Assembly (NCBI GenBank): GCA_938091085.1
Contig: CALKOC010000021.1
Location: 8,487 to 72,486 of the forward strand
Source of the DNA: an uncultured Alphaproteobacteria bacterium
Lineage (GTDB): Bacteria; Pseudomonadota; Alphaproteobacteria; RS24
Reading direction: 5' to 3'
Length of the DNA stretch: 64,000 nucleotides
The position numbers and the translations under genes are program-made. The notes under the pieces were generated by a model. It ran no database searches and was not told the DNA's origin. It saw nothing but the letters and a program-made list of their open reading frames with translations. Positions 1 through 11,637 of the stretch are shown one piece after another. The first letter of the stretch is position 1. Each line of letters opens with the position of its first letter.

Positions 1-278
1 CTCAGAAAGTTCAGTTTGATCGCAATCAAGGTTGTTTGAATGCCAATCTGGATGGTGAACTTTTGCGTGACCTTGCAAGGCCAGATGAAGATGGTCAGGT
101 TCTTATTGATAAAATCACCAGCGAGGCAACGAATTCCAAGCTCACGGCGCGGGGTTATAACCGCATAATAAGAGTTGCACGGACGATTGCTGATTTAGAT
201 GGTTGTGAAAACCTTGCCGCAAGGCACATCGCATCCGCTATGGTATGGCGCGGCATGGCTTTGGATGTAAAAGAATGA
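1..278 (+). CDS. comM: YifB/ComM-family Mg-chelatase-like ATPase, C-terminal fragment (5' end lies upstream of the window)
   Basis: Frame 3 is open from base 3, with no stop before the listed TTG at 36. The tail ...LTARGYNRIIRVARTIADLDG...AARHIASAMVWRG looks like the conserved C-terminal region of YifB/ComM proteins. Stop TGA at 276-278. Confidence 0.7.
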   Translation, partial: QKVQFDRNQGCLNANLDGELLRDLARPDEDGQVLIDKITSEATNSKLTARGYNRIIRVARTIADLDGCENLAARHIASAMVWRGMALDVKE

Positions 279-284
279 CTTTAT

Positions 285-2546
285 TTAAAAATCATATGCC
301 GCAATTGCTGCCATATTGAGTAATTCCGAAGAAGTACACCCGATGCGAACAATTTGGACAGATTTAGACATCCCTACAAGCATTGGCCCAATCACAGTTG
401 CACCACCAAGTTCACCCAGCATTTTTGTTGAAATGGAAGCGGAGTGAATAGCCGGCATAACCAACACATTGGCATTATCTTTGAGGCGGGAGAAAGGATA
501 CATGCTACGCACATCTTTGTTGAGCGCCACATCGGCGGCCATTTCTCCATCAAATTCGAAATCAACGCAACGATGTTCCAAAATTTTGATGGCATCGCGC
601 ACATATCTTGATCTGTCGCCCTCGGGGTGACCAAAGGTAGAATAAGCGAGCAAGGCGACCCTTGGTTCATAGCCAAGTGCGCGTGCAGTTTGAGCAGTTT
701 GCTCAGTGATATCCGCCAATTCTTCACCATTAGGCATATCATGCACATTGGTATCAGCAACCAGCACAGTCCGCCCGCGCGCCAAGATCATTGAAACCCC
801 GATAATCCGTTTTCCCGGCATTGGGTCGATAACCTTGGTTACTTGCTCAAGCACGATAGAGTAATTGCGGGTTACGCCCGTAATCATCGCATCAGCATCA
901 CCCAGCGCCAGCATGCAGGCGCCGAAAATATTCCGGTCATTGCTAACCATGCGCATCACATCTCTTTCGAGGAAGCCATCGCGCTGTAGCCGCTCATAGA
1001 GATAGGCAGCGTAGTCATCAACTCTTTCGGAATTGCTGGTGTTGGCGATTTTCAAATCATCTCTGTCGCCGAGACCGATTGACTTCATATTTTCAAGAAC
1101 AATTTCATCCCGCCCAATAAGAATTGGTTCGCCCAGACCGGCATCCTTATAAGCAATTGCTGCGCGGATAACCTGCTCTTGCTCGCCTTCGGCGAATATC
1201 ATCCGCTTGGGCTTCTGGCGAACCTTGTTGAAGATAACTTGCAAAGAACCTGCCGCCGGGTCGAGGCGTGCGGATAGGCGGTCTTGATAAGCATCCATGT
1301 CCACAATTGGTTTTCTGGCAACACCAGTTTCCATCGCGGCTTTTGCAACCGCAGGAGGGATATCTCTAATCAGGCGCGGGTCAAATGGGACGGGGATAAT
1401 GTAATTCGGCCCAAAGCGCAGGCGTTCGTCATTATAAGCTGCAGCAACCTCATCGGGCACATCTTCTCGCGCCAATGCGGCTAGAGCCTCAGCACAGGCG
1501 ATTTTCATTTCTTCGTTAATTGTTGTGGCTTGCACATCTAACGCGCCACGGAAAATATAAGGAAAGCCAAGCACATTATTAACTTGGTTTGGATAATCCG
1601 AGCGCCCGGTGGCAACAATCGCATCAGGGCGAATTTCATGCGCTTCTTCAGGCGTAATTTCTGGGTCCGGGTTTGCCATGGCAAAAATAATTGGGTCTTT
1701 ACCCATTGATTTCAGCATCTCGCCCGTCAGCGCACCCTTAACTGAAAGTCCGATGAAGATATCCGCACCCTCCAAAGCTTCAGAGAGTGTTCGGGCATCA
1801 GTCTTGACCGCGTGAGCTGACTTCCATTGGTTCATGCCCTCTTCGCGCCCGGTAAAGATGACACCTTTCGTGTCGCATAAAATCGCGTTATCTGACGGCA
1901 AACCCATCGCCTTTAATAGCTCTAAACAGGCGATACCCGCCGCGCCGGCGCCATTCATTACAACCTTTGTTTCTTTGATATTTCTTCCCGTTAGATGAAG
2001 TGCATTGATTAGGCCGGCAACGCAAATAATCGCTGTGCCGTGCTGATCATCATGGAAAACGGGAATATCCATTTCTTCGCGCAGCTTTTGTTCAATGATG
2101 AAGCAATCAGGGGCTTTTATATCCTCAAGGTTAATGCCACCAAAGCTAGGGCTCATATAGCGCACTGCATTGATAAATTGATCAGGGTCTTCGGTGTCAA
2201 TCTCAAGGTCGATGCTGTCAACATCTGCAAAACGCTTAAAAAGAACGGCCTTGCCCTCCATGACGGGCTTAGAAGCCAGTGCGCCTAGATTGCCAAGCCC
2301 CAAAATAGCTGTCCCGTTTGATATAACGGCGACCATATTACCGCGACTGGTTAAATCATAAGAGGCGTCGGGATTCTCTGCAATTGCACGCACGGGAACA
2401 GCCACGCCAGGGGAGTAGGCCAGAGACAAATCTCTTTGCGTCGCCATTGGCTTGGTTGGGTTGATTTCAAGCTTACCCGGCTTGCCACGACTGTGAAACC
2501 TCAGCGCCTCACGGTCGGATATATTTTTTTCAGTTGAGTCATCCAT
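285..2546 (-). CDS. maeB: NADP-dependent malic enzyme (malic enzyme domain fused to a phosphate-acetyltransferase-like domain)
   Basis: 753-aa ORF. The N-terminus has ...[12 protein letters not shown]... and a Rossmann motif NGAGAAGIA. The long C-terminal PTA-like domain gives the MaeB architecture. Confidence 0.95.
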   Translation of the reverse strand: MDDSTEKNISDREALRFHSRGKPGKLEINPTKPMATQRDLSLAYSPGVAVPVRAIAENPDASYDLTSRGNMVAVISNGTAILGLGNLGALASKPVMEGKAVLFKRFADVDSIDLEIDTEDPDQFINAVRYMSPSFGGINLEDIKAPDCFIIEQKLREEMDIPVFHDDQHGTAIICVAGLINALHLTGRNIKETKVVMNGAGAAGIACLELLKAMGLPSDNAILCDTKGVIFTGREEGMNQWKSAHAVKTDARTLSEALEGADIFIGLSVKGALTGEMLKSMGKDPIIFAMANPDPEITPEEAHEIRPDAIVATGRSDYPNQVNNVLGFPYIFRGALDVQATTINEEMKIACAEALAALAREDVPDEVAAAYNDERLRFGPNYIIPVPFDPRLIRDIPPAVAKAAMETGVARKPIVDMDAYQDRLSARLDPAAGSLQVIFNKVRQKPKRMIFAEGEQEQVIRAAIAYKDAGLGEPILIGRDEIVLENMKSIGLGDRDDLKIANTSNSERVDDYAAYLYERLQRDGFLERDVMRMVSNDRNIFGACMLALGDADAMITGVTRNYSIVLEQVTKVIDPMPGKRIIGVSMILARGRTVLVADTNVHDMPNGEELADITEQTAQTARALGYEPRVALLAYSTFGHPEGDRSRYVRDAIKILEHRCVDFEFDGEMAADVALNKDVRSMYPFSRLKDNANVLVMPAIHSASISTKMLGELGGATVIGPMLVGMSKSVQIVRIGCTSSELLNMAAIAAYDF

Positions 2547-2717
2547 TTAACACCTGCCTTGTTGATATTTACGGTGATGTGACGATTATCACAAGCCCTG
2601 AGTTTATTTCGTTTTCATGTGCCTCTAATTTAAGTAAATGATTTAAACAAATATTTTCCAACAGTAATTTTCCATATCGCATTTTCCATTGCTGGGCGGC
2701 TCTGCTAGGATAGCTTT

Positions 2718-5474
2718 ATGCTGAACGCCGAAAATAAAATGTCATCAACAAAACCAAAAATGCCGACTACAGATCAAAATATCACGCCAATGATGCGCCA
2801 GTTTCTGGACATCAAGGCGGGCCATCAGGATTTTCTCTTGTTTTATCGAATGGGAGATTTCTATGAGTTATTTTTTGATGACGCCATTACGGCGGCGGCG
2901 GCGCTGGACATCACCCTCACCCATCGTGGCAAACATCTTGATGAAAACATTCCGATGTGCGGGGTGCCTTTTCATGCTGCTGAAAGCTATCTCCATCGCC
3001 TCATTCGACAGGGTCACAAGGTTGCGATTTGCGAACAGACCGAAGACCCTGCTGAAGCAAAAAAACGTGGGTCAAAATCTGTAGTCCGGCGCGAGGTCGT
3101 ACGCCTCGTAACGGCCGGCACGCTGACAGAGGAGGGGCTCTTAGAAGCGGGGGTCAATAATTACCTCGCCGCTTTCGGTCAAACCCGACAAGATGAAAAC
3201 CCTGCCTTAGCCTGGGTGGATATGTCGACAGGCGATGTACAGATTTTTGCCGGAACATTTGAAGCTATTCAAGGGCGTTTGGCGGGTTTAATGCCACGGG
3301 AATTGCTTCTGCCGGATAGTCTGAAGCCAGAGAAACAGGGTCTTCTGGCTGAAAGTTGCGGTGATGTTGCCGTGACAGAGCTCACCACCTCGCAGTCTAA
3401 TTCTGAGTCTGGTCACGCGGCCCTAGTGGAGGCGTATCAGGTTAAGACACTTGAGGGTTTTGGTAACTGGTCGCGGTCAATGTATGCCGCAGGCGGTTCT
3501 CTGATTAATTACCTCACCCTCACCCAACTCGGGAAATTGCCGAACCTAAAGCCACCCCGTTTAATGTTGGCCGATGACAGAATGCGGATAGATGCTGCGA
3601 CCTGTCAGAATCTGGAAATTCTACAAAATAAAACCGGCGAGAAAAAAGGGTCTCTTTTTGCGGCAATTGATAAAACAGTAACGGGTCCTGGCGCTCGTAT
3701 GCTTTCCCAAAGGCTTGCTGCGCCCTTGGCTCAAAAAGATGCGATTGAAGGGCGGCTTGATGCCATTAGTTTTTATGCAGGTCAGGGAGCCGAGACCACA
3801 AGAACACGGGAAACTAAGCGCTCGATTTTAAAACAGACGCCCGATATGGCGCGCGCCCTTGGGCGCCTGTCGCTGGAAAGATGTGGCCCTCGCGATTTGG
3901 CGGCTGTGAGAGACGGGCTGATGCAGGGCTTTGAATTGGCGGCGACAGCTCTGCCCGATATTATGCCCTGCCCGCCCCTGATCGAGACGGCGCTGGCGGC
4001 AATTGCGCCTTCGCAAGCACCCCTTAAAGATTTGTGCAAACATCTCGAAAAGGTGCTTGCTGATGAGCTACCTATTCTGACGCGTGATGGCGGCTTTATT
4101 GCTGCGGGATATCATCCGGGGCTTGATGAGGCCCGGCGCTTGAGAGATGAAAGCCGTCGCGTGATTGCGGGGTTACAAAATAGCTACCGTGAAGATACCG
4201 GCATTAAAGCGCTTAAGGTTAAACATAATGCCGTGCTTGGTTACCATATTGATGTCCCGGCGGCACATGGTGATAGGCTAATGACAGCTCCTTTTGCCGA
4301 GACATTTTTTCATCGGCAGACGCTCGCCAACTCGGTTCGGTTTTCTACCACAGAGTTGGCAGAGCTGGCGGGTCAAATTTCTCGTGCCGGTGAAAAAGCA
4401 ACAGGGCTTGAGCAGGAAATTTTTAATGCCCTTTGTGGCGAAGTGCTGGCGGAAGCTGATGCGATTAGCCGGGCCGCTGAGGCTTTAGCTGAACTGGATG
4501 TGGCGTTGGCGCTCGCCGAACTTGCTTGCGATATGGACTGGGTGCGTCCGGAAATTTTTGATGACCATCGTTTTTTTGTTGAGGGCGGTCGTCATCCAGT
4601 GGTCGAGACGTCATTGTCCGGACAGGGTGAGAGCGCTTTCATTGCCAATGATTGCCATATTCATGCTGATGATAAGCAAGGTGATACGGGTAGATTATTA
4701 TTGCTCACGGGGCCGAATATGGCAGGTAAGTCAACTTATTTGCGCCAAAATGCATTAATTGCAGTGCTGGCTCAAAGCGGGTGCTATGTGCCGGCCACGA
4801 AAGCACAAATCGGAATCGTTGATCGTCTGTTTAGCCGCGTTGGGGCGGCAGATGATTTGGCGCGCGGTCAGTCAACTTTTATGGTTGAGATGGTAGAAAC
4901 AGCGGCGATATTAAATCAGGCAGGCCCTGCGAGCCTAGTCATTCTTGATGAGATTGGGCGCGGCACATCCACATTTGATGGTCTATCGATTGCATGGGCA
5001 ACCGTTGAGCATATGCATGAAATTAACAAATGCCGTACAATGTTTGCTACGCATTATCACGAATTAACGGGCCTGTCGGAGAAACTCGATAAAGTAACGA
5101 ATATCACTATGCGTGTTGCAGAATATCAGGGTGATGTTGTTTTTCTCCACGAGGTAGTCCCCGGCGCTGCCGATCGTTCTTATGGCATTCATGTTGCCAA
5201 GCTTGCCGGACTCCCTGCTCCGGTGATTGATCGAGCGAGAATACTGCTTGAAAAGTTGGAACACAGCCGAGAACAGGCTGAGCCTGCTGGCGTGCTGGAA
5301 AACTTGCCATTATTTGCGCCAGCGCTATCTGCAGAACAGGCGCAAGACAATAAAACGGATAGCCCAGCTAACAAGTTAAGTCAGGAAGTGGCTGAAATAG
5401 ACCCTGACAGCCTATCCCCGAAAGAGGCGTTGGATTTTATTTATCGTCTGCGTCATATTTTGGATGAAGCATGA
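2718..5474 (+). CDS. mutS: DNA mismatch repair protein MutS
   Basis: 918 aa. N-terminal mismatch-binding region [26 protein letters not shown], Walker [10 protein letters not shown], and FATHYHEL near the C-terminus. An in-frame ATG at 2739 is an alternative start. Confidence 0.97.
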   Translation: MLNAENKMSSTKPKMPTTDQNITPMMRQFLDIKAGHQDFLLFYRMGDFYELFFDDAITAAAALDITLTHRGKHLDENIPMCGVPFHAAESYLHRLIRQGHKVAICEQTEDPAEAKKRGSKSVVRREVVRLVTAGTLTEEGLLEAGVNNYLAAFGQTRQDENPALAWVDMSTGDVQIFAGTFEAIQGRLAGLMPRELLLPDSLKPEKQGLLAESCGDVAVTELTTSQSNSESGHAALVEAYQVKTLEGFGNWSRSMYAAGGSLINYLTLTQLGKLPNLKPPRLMLADDRMRIDAATCQNLEILQNKTGEKKGSLFAAIDKTVTGPGARMLSQRLAAPLAQKDAIEGRLDAISFYAGQGAETTRTRETKRSILKQTPDMARALGRLSLERCGPRDLAAVRDGLMQGFELAATALPDIMPCPPLIETALAAIAPSQAPLKDLCKHLEKVLADELPILTRDGGFIAAGYHPGLDEARRLRDESRRVIAGLQNSYREDTGIKALKVKHNAVLGYHIDVPAAHGDRLMTAPFAETFFHRQTLANSVRFSTTELAELAGQISRAGEKATGLEQEIFNALCGEVLAEADAISRAAEALAELDVALALAELACDMDWVRPEIFDDHRFFVEGGRHPVVETSLSGQGESAFIANDCHIHADDKQGDTGRLLLLTGPNMAGKSTYLRQNALIAVLAQSGCYVPATKAQIGIVDRLFSRVGAADDLARGQSTFMVEMVETAAILNQAGPASLVILDEIGRGTSTFDGLSIAWATVEHMHEINKCRTMFATHYHELTGLSEKLDKVTNITMRVAEYQGDVVFLHEVVPGAADRSYGIHVAKLAGLPAPVIDRARILLEKLEHSREQAEPAGVLENLPLFAPALSAEQAQDNKTDSPANKLSQEVAEIDPDSLSPKEALDFIYRLRHILDEA

Positions 5475-5545
5475 AGGTATAATTTTTCGGTTCGCGGCTT
5501 ATGTATATAAGAGGTTATGTATATAAAGAGGCAGTTGGATTTTAA

Positions 5546-8398
5546 GTGAACGGGCTCATGGTAAATAAAAAGTCAAAAACATTAAAAAAACCTGATACGG
5601 CTGAAAAAATTCGTAAAGCGTTTGATAAAATTGAGCGCAATCACGCGAATATGCCTGATGATGCCCTCACCCAGTCAAGAGCTGCGGCGCTAGAGATGCT
5701 CAAAAAGAAGCTGTCAAAAGGCCATAAGCTGGCGCATGAAAACTTGCTTAATCGGGAGTACAGAGGCGGCAAATGTGCTGAGGTTATCAGTGCCTTAATG
5801 GATGACATTATTGTTGAGTTGGCGCGGTTTGCTAATCAGCTTTTGAAGGGTAAGGATGGGCAGCCCATTTCATGTGCAATTGTTGCGGTTGGCGGGTATG
5901 GGCGTCAGCGCCTTGCCCCCGGCTCAGATATTGATTTGCTTTTTATCACACCCCAAAATGCCGACAAAGCCTGTCTGGAAGTTTTAGAATTTATTTTATA
6001 CATGCTCTGGGATATGGGCCTAAAAGTTGGCCACGCTACCCGGGATGTAGAGGATTGCATCTCTCAAGCTAAAGCAGACATGACCATCCGCACAGCCATG
6101 CTTGAAGCAAGGTTTTTGACCGGCGATGAGGAATTGTTCACAAAATTTCGGAAAAAATTCGCCAGAAAAATTCTGAGTGGATCGGCGCGTAATTTTGTGA
6201 AAGCCAAGTTGGATGAGCGCGACCTAAGGCACAAAAGAAGCGGTGAAAGCAGATATCTGGTCGAACCAAACGTTAAAGAAGGTAAGGGCGGATTGCGGGA
6301 TCTGAACACATTGTTCTGGATTGCTAAATATTGCTATGCGGTCGACACACTTGATGAATTAGTCAGTTGCGGGTTTCTCTCTCGTGAAGAGCTGAATCTT
6401 TTTAAACGCTGTGACAATTTTTTATGGGCGGTCAGGTGCCATTTACATTTCCTGACTGGGCGCGCAGAGGAACGTCTCGGTTTTGACAATCAATCCGCCA
6501 TGGCAGAGGCCATGGGCTTCAAGTCCACAAGTGGCCTCAATAAGGTTGAACGCTTTATGCGCCAGTATTTTTTAATTGCTAAAGATGTTGGTGATTTAAC
6601 CAGAATTTTCTGTGCGCGCCTAGAAGCGGAGCAAACCAAACCGAGCCGAATGGCGCGGTTGCCTGCGCTGTTCCAACGTCAAAAACAGGTGCATGGTTTC
6701 ACCATATCCGGCCAGCGCCTTACGATGGTGCGCTCGGATGTATTTCGGCGCAATCCGGTTAATCTCATCCGTATGTTCAAAATCGCCAATGATTATAAGT
6801 TGCTGATAGCCCCAAATACGTTGCGGGAAGTAACGCGCTCGCGTCATCTAATTGATAAGGATTTACGAGAGAACCCTGAAGCCAATAAGCTGTTTCTGGA
6901 AATTCTCACCTCGCGCAACCACCCTGAGCGTATTTTGCGCCGCATGAATGAGGCGGGCGTTTTGGGGAAGCTATTGCCGGATTTTGGGCGGATTGTCGCC
7001 ATGATGCAGTTCAATATGTATCACCATTATACGGCAGATGAGCATCTGCTCAGAGCGATTGGCATTTTGTCTGAATTGGAGCGCGGCGAATTGGAGGATG
7101 ACCATCCTCTGGCGCACCGCTTGATGTCACAGAATATTAATCGCAAGGTGATTTATCTGGCTGTGCTGCTACACGACATTGCCAAAGGGCGGCCTGAAGA
7201 CCATTCGCTTGCCGGCGCCCGCATTGCTCGTCGTCTCGGACCACGCCTTGGGTTGACTAAAAATGAAACCGAACTTGTGGCTTGGCTTGTGGAATTCCAT
7301 CTGGTTATGAGCGACACGGCGCAAAGGCGTGATTTGACCGATCCGCAAACCATTGAAGATTTTGTTTCAAATGTGCAGACCTTGGAGAGATTGCGGCATT
7401 TGTTGGTGCTGACCGTGGTCGATATTCGTGCTGTTGGACCGGGTGTTTGGAATGGCTGGAAAGGCCAGCTTTTACGAGAGCTTTATTTCGAAGCTGAGGC
7501 TATGTTGGTCGGCTCTGCAAGTCACGCCAACAGGCCACTAAGAGTTGCGAATGCTCAGAAAGAATTTCTGGATGTTTTGCAGATGAATATGCCCGATTGG
7601 TCGGAAGCCAAATGCCAGAAATATATTGCGCGTCATCATGATGCCTATTGGCTGAGTTACGATATAGATACAAAAATCAAGCATGCGGCTTTGCTCTCTT
7701 CGGTAGAAGGCTCTGGCTTTAAAATTGAAGTTACGGAAGATAAAAAACAGGATGTTCTTGAGCTAAACTTCACTTGCCCTGACCACCCCGGCTTATTCTC
7801 GCGTTTATCGGGTGCGTGTGCTGTGGCTGGGTTGACGATTGTTGATGCTAAGCTTGCCATTACCAAGGATGGCATGGCACTCGATGTTTTAAGACTGCAA
7901 GAGCCTGAACGGGAAAATTTCCCCGATAAAGCGCGCGTGAAGAGGCTTATTGCAACTATTCAAAGTGTTTTGCATGGCGAAATTCTTCCCCCTGACCGTC
8001 TGGCAGATGTGCCTTTCTCGCGGCGGGTCAATGCCTTTAAATTGGTCAATAATGTGATGATTGATAATGATGTGTCGAGCCATTCGACTGTTGTTGAGGT
8101 CAGCGGACTAGACCGCCCGGGATTGCTGTATGCGCTGGCCAAAACATTATTTAATCTGAATGTAACGATTGTATCTGCGCGCGCCGTCACATTTGGTGAA
8201 AGAGCCGTTGATGTATTCTACGTGCAAGACCTAACGGGAGATAAAATAACACGTAAATCCAAATTGACCGCCATAATGGATGGTTTGCAGATGGTGCTGG
8301 CTAATCAATCCAAGCCTTCTAAGTCTTCCAAGCCAGCCAAGCCAGCCAAGTCAGCCAAGCAGACCAAGCAAGCCAAGCAAGGAAGAAAAGCAGCTTGA
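5546..8398 (+). CDS. glnD: [protein-PII] uridylyltransferase / uridylyl-removing enzyme GlnD
   Basis: 950 aa. Nucleotidyltransferase motif GGYGRQRLAPGSDIDLLF, HD domain (LLHDIAKG), and two C-terminal ACT-like domains. The listed start is GTG 5546 and ATG 5558 is an alternative. The protein ends in an unusual K-x-x repeat tail. Confidence 0.93.
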   Translation: MNGLMVNKKSKTLKKPDTAEKIRKAFDKIERNHANMPDDALTQSRAAALEMLKKKLSKGHKLAHENLLNREYRGGKCAEVISALMDDIIVELARFANQLLKGKDGQPISCAIVAVGGYGRQRLAPGSDIDLLFITPQNADKACLEVLEFILYMLWDMGLKVGHATRDVEDCISQAKADMTIRTAMLEARFLTGDEELFTKFRKKFARKILSGSARNFVKAKLDERDLRHKRSGESRYLVEPNVKEGKGGLRDLNTLFWIAKYCYAVDTLDELVSCGFLSREELNLFKRCDNFLWAVRCHLHFLTGRAEERLGFDNQSAMAEAMGFKSTSGLNKVERFMRQYFLIAKDVGDLTRIFCARLEAEQTKPSRMARLPALFQRQKQVHGFTISGQRLTMVRSDVFRRNPVNLIRMFKIANDYKLLIAPNTLREVTRSRHLIDKDLRENPEANKLFLEILTSRNHPERILRRMNEAGVLGKLLPDFGRIVAMMQFNMYHHYTADEHLLRAIGILSELERGELEDDHPLAHRLMSQNINRKVIYLAVLLHDIAKGRPEDHSLAGARIARRLGPRLGLTKNETELVAWLVEFHLVMSDTAQRRDLTDPQTIEDFVSNVQTLERLRHLLVLTVVDIRAVGPGVWNGWKGQLLRELYFEAEAMLVGSASHANRPLRVANAQKEFLDVLQMNMPDWSEAKCQKYIARHHDAYWLSYDIDTKIKHAALLSSVEGSGFKIEVTEDKKQDVLELNFTCPDHPGLFSRLSGACAVAGLTIVDAKLAITKDGMALDVLRLQEPERENFPDKARVKRLIATIQSVLHGEILPPDRLADVPFSRRVNAFKLVNNVMIDNDVSSHSTVVEVSGLDRPGLLYALAKTLFNLNVTIVSARAVTFGERAVDVFYVQDLTGDKITRKSKLTAIMDGLQMVLANQSKPSKSSKPAKPAKSAKQTKQAKQGRKAA

Positions 8399-10008
8399 TG
8401 AAGCGGTTTTCCATAATCAGAGCTGCGGCTACGACGGGGGCTGCGACTTTGATGAGTCGCATTCTCGGGTTTCTGCGGGATGTGATGATTGCAGCTTCGT
8501 TGGGCGCTGGCCCATTGGCGGATATTTTTGTGGTTGCATTTAGATTGCCTAATCTTTTCCGCCGCCTGTTTGCTGAAGGAGCATTTAATGCTGCTTTTGT
8601 ACCTATCTTTGCGAAGCGAATGGAAGCTGAGGGTGTTGATGCGGCGCGTAAGCTTTCAGCAGAGGTATTGGCGGTACTCCTCGTAGGGTTAATCATTTTC
8701 ACGCTCCTTGCCGAATGGTATATGCCCTACCTTGTTCATGCGCTGGCGGCTGGATTCCGAGCTACACCGGAAAAATTCGATTTGGCAGTAACCTATTCGC
8801 GTATCACGTTTCCCTATCTGGTTTTCATGTCGCTATTGTCGCTTTATGCGGCGATGTTGAATGCTTCAGGCCGATTTGCTGTCGCTGCATTTGCGCCCGT
8901 TCTTCTTAATATTGTGCTTATCGGGGCTTTGCTACTGGCGGCCATGACAGGCCGGGACAGCCTCGCATCGCTTATATGGGGTGTTGCGATTGCCGGTGGG
9001 GTACAATTTTTGATGGTTTGGTTTGCTGTTAAGCAAGCCGGTCTAAGTATCGGGTTACAACGTCCACGCCTTACCGAGGGAGTGAAAAAGGTTTTGACTC
9101 TGGGGCTTCCTGGTGTGCTTGCTGCAGGTGTCGGTCAAATTAATTTATTGGTCGGGACGAATATTGCCTCCGCGCAAGATGGGGCAGCGTCATGGTTGTA
9201 TTATGCCGACAGGCTTTATCAGCTTCCGCTGGGTGTCATTGGCATTGCGCTTTCAGTCGCTTTATTACCCGATCTTTCGCGGCGATTGAGGGCTGGCGAT
9301 GAGGCCGGAGCGCGCCATAGCCAGAACCGAAGCCTGCAGATTGCCCTATTGTTTTCCATTCCCTGTGCTGTTGGCCTCTATCTTCTGGCTGACCCGGTCA
9401 TGGCAGTTTTATTTCAACGCGGCGCATTTACGGTTGCAGATACTTCTGCCTCTGGGGTTGCGCTTATGGGATTTGCATTTGGTCTTCCTGCCTTTGTTGG
9501 GATTAAAGTGATGCAGCCAAGTTTCTTCGCACGTGAAGATACTTTCTATCCTTTCGTTTACGGCGCTCTGGGCGTTGTCGCGAATATTGCTATCAGCCTC
9601 ACTTATTTTCCGGTTTTCGGACACTTAGCGATTGCAGTTGCCACGAGCGTTGCCGGGTGGCTGACACTCGTCACCATGAGTGTGCATTTGTTTATCAACG
9701 GCTGGCGACCTGATAAGGTGCTTGTGATAGGTACGCTAGCTATCTTGTTTTCGGCTGCTCTGATGGCTTTGGCGCTGTATTATTCGCCTTTTGCGCCACC
9801 TGAGAGTTCGACACATCCAGCTTCACTGGCGTTATGGCTCGCGGGTCACATTTTAGCGGCGATAGCACTTTTTCTGCTTTCCGGCCTTATGACGGGAGCT
9901 TTTGGTAGAGATGTCGCGAGCTATTTTAAACCCTCAGCACGTGCGGCGCGGCTTGCCAAATCTGACGCATTGCGTGATAAGGCTGATGAGAATGAGAAGG
10001 GTGATTAA
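8398..10008 (+). CDS. murJ: Lipid II flippase MurJ (MviN)
   Basis: Polytopic membrane protein with the MurJ N-terminus ...SRILGFLRDV...FRLPNLFRRLFAEGAF. ATG 8398 overlaps the glnD stop (TGATG). The ORF track starts 3 nt earlier, at TTG 8395. The glnD-murJ pairing is typical of Alphaproteobacteria. Confidence 0.92.
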   Translation: MKRFSIIRAAATTGAATLMSRILGFLRDVMIAASLGAGPLADIFVVAFRLPNLFRRLFAEGAFNAAFVPIFAKRMEAEGVDAARKLSAEVLAVLLVGLIIFTLLAEWYMPYLVHALAAGFRATPEKFDLAVTYSRITFPYLVFMSLLSLYAAMLNASGRFAVAAFAPVLLNIVLIGALLLAAMTGRDSLASLIWGVAIAGGVQFLMVWFAVKQAGLSIGLQRPRLTEGVKKVLTLGLPGVLAAGVGQINLLVGTNIASAQDGAASWLYYADRLYQLPLGVIGIALSVALLPDLSRRLRAGDEAGARHSQNRSLQIALLFSIPCAVGLYLLADPVMAVLFQRGAFTVADTSASGVALMGFAFGLPAFVGIKVMQPSFFAREDTFYPFVYGALGVVANIAISLTYFPVFGHLAIAVATSVAGWLTLVTMSVHLFINGWRPDKVLVIGTLAILFSAALMALALYYSPFAPPESSTHPASLALWLAGHILAAIALFLLSGLMTGAFGRDVASYFKPSARAARLAKSDALRDKADENEKGD

Positions 10009-11028
10009 ATGACGGATTTCCATCCACGGGTCTTTTCGGGTGTCCAGCCAACGGGCAACCTTCACCTCGGCAATTATCTTGGCGCAATTAAAAACTTTGT
10101 TGCCCTGCAGGACAGCCATGAGTGCATATATTGTGTAGTTGATTTACACGCTATTACTGTCTGGCAAGATCCCAAGGAGCTGAAACACAATATTTACGAA
10201 GTGACCGCAGCTTTTCTTGCCGCCGGTGTGGATGCAACGAAACATGTTGTTTTTAACCAGAGCCGCGTTTCTGCTCACGCTGAGTTGGGCTGGATTTTAA
10301 ATTGTGTTTCTCGCATTGGTTGGTTGAACCGGATGACCCAGTTTAAAGAAAAAGCGGGTAAAAACCGTGAAAATGCCTCTGTCGGTCTTTATGTCTACCC
10401 CAATCTTATGGCTGCGGATATTTTGGCCTATCGCGCAACGCATGTGCCTGTTGGGGATGATCAAAAACAGCACCTTGAACTGGCGCGAGATATTGCCCAA
10501 AAATTCAACCATGATTATCTCGGTGAAGATGCGCCGCCTTTTTTCCCTCTTCCTGAGCCGGTTATTACTGGGGCGGCCACGCGTGTGATGTCATTGCGTG
10601 ACGGGTCGCGCAAAATGTCTAAATCTGAGCCATCTGAAATGTCGCGCATCACGCTCACGGATGATGCTGACGAGATTGCTAAAAAAATCAGGAAAGCCAA
10701 AACAGATCCCGATCCGCTCCCTAACTCTAAGGAAGGGCTAGAGGGGCGTCCTGAAGCATCGAATCTTGTGGGTATTTTTGCAGCCCTATCCGGTCAAGAC
10801 GTTGAGACTGTTCTTGCAGAATATGGCGGCAAACAATTCTCAGAGTTTAAACCTGCTCTGGCAGATTTGGCAGTTGAGATACTTGCCCCGATAGGCACTG
10901 AAATGTCCCGTTTGCTTGATGCCCCCGAGCACCTTGAGACCGTTCTTGCAGATGGTGCGGCGCGGGCTGATGCTATCGCGAGCCCTGTTTTGGCTCAGGT
11001 GAAAGAAATGGTTGGTTTTTCAGCGTAA
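10009..11028 (+). CDS. trpS: Tryptophan--tRNA ligase
   Basis: 339 aa. HIGH-type motif ([10 protein letters not shown]) and KMSKS motif are present. The ATG directly follows the murJ TAA. Confidence 0.95.
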   Translation: MTDFHPRVFSGVQPTGNLHLGNYLGAIKNFVALQDSHECIYCVVDLHAITVWQDPKELKHNIYEVTAAFLAAGVDATKHVVFNQSRVSAHAELGWILNCVSRIGWLNRMTQFKEKAGKNRENASVGLYVYPNLMAADILAYRATHVPVGDDQKQHLELARDIAQKFNHDYLGEDAPPFFPLPEPVITGAATRVMSLRDGSRKMSKSEPSEMSRITLTDDADEIAKKIRKAKTDPDPLPNSKEGLEGRPEASNLVGIFAALSGQDVETVLAEYGGKQFSEFKPALADLAVEILAPIGTEMSRLLDAPEHLETVLADGAARADAIASPVLAQVKEMVGFSA

Positions 11029-11108
11029 GACGGTTTTAATATTTTACGATCAAGAACAAGAACAAAACAGCGCTTGCCGCATCATTTGAGATAAGGCACT
11101 TTAACAAT

Positions 11109-11585
11109 ATGTATAAAGACGCACATTTACCTCGAAAATTTTTGGTTGTCGTAGATGGCACGCCCGAGTCTCGGGCTGCCTTACGCTGGGCTGAGAGGCG
11201 GGCGCATGGTAATGGTGGTCAGTTAGCCCTTTTGGTTGTGTTGGAGCCGGGCGGTTTCGAGCATTGGCTTGGCGTGGAAACGCTGATGAAAGAAGAGGCT
11301 AAGGAGAATGCCGAGCAGATACTTGCAGAACTCTCTGCCGAGGTTGAAAAGATTGCCGGACGCTCACCGGAAACCCATATAATGGAGGGTGATAGAATTG
11401 AGCAGGTGATGGACCTAATCAATAGTGATAAGACCATCTCGACACTTGTGCTTGCCGCCGGCACGGACCCCGCAGGCCCTGGGCCGCTTGTCGGCGCTCT
11501 GGCAACCGGAAAGGCGGGTTTTCATATTCCCGTCACAGTGGTGCCTGGCGAGCTGAGTGATGACGAAATAGACGCGCTGACTTAA
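11109..11585 (+). CDS. Universal stress protein (UspA family)
   Basis: 158 aa. The fold pattern KFLVVVDGTPESRAAL...LVLAAG..., length and ATP-binding-type glycine-rich C-terminal region fit the Usp family. Confidence 0.7.
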   Translation: MYKDAHLPRKFLVVVDGTPESRAALRWAERRAHGNGGQLALLVVLEPGGFEHWLGVETLMKEEAKENAEQILAELSAEVEKIAGRSPETHIMEGDRIEQVMDLINSDKTISTLVLAAGTDPAGPGPLVGALATGKAGFHIPVTVVPGELSDDEIDALT

Positions 11586-11637
11586 ATAAGTTAAGCGCAT
11601 GAATGAAATAAAGTGCGCCCCGTATCTGGAGAAAAAA

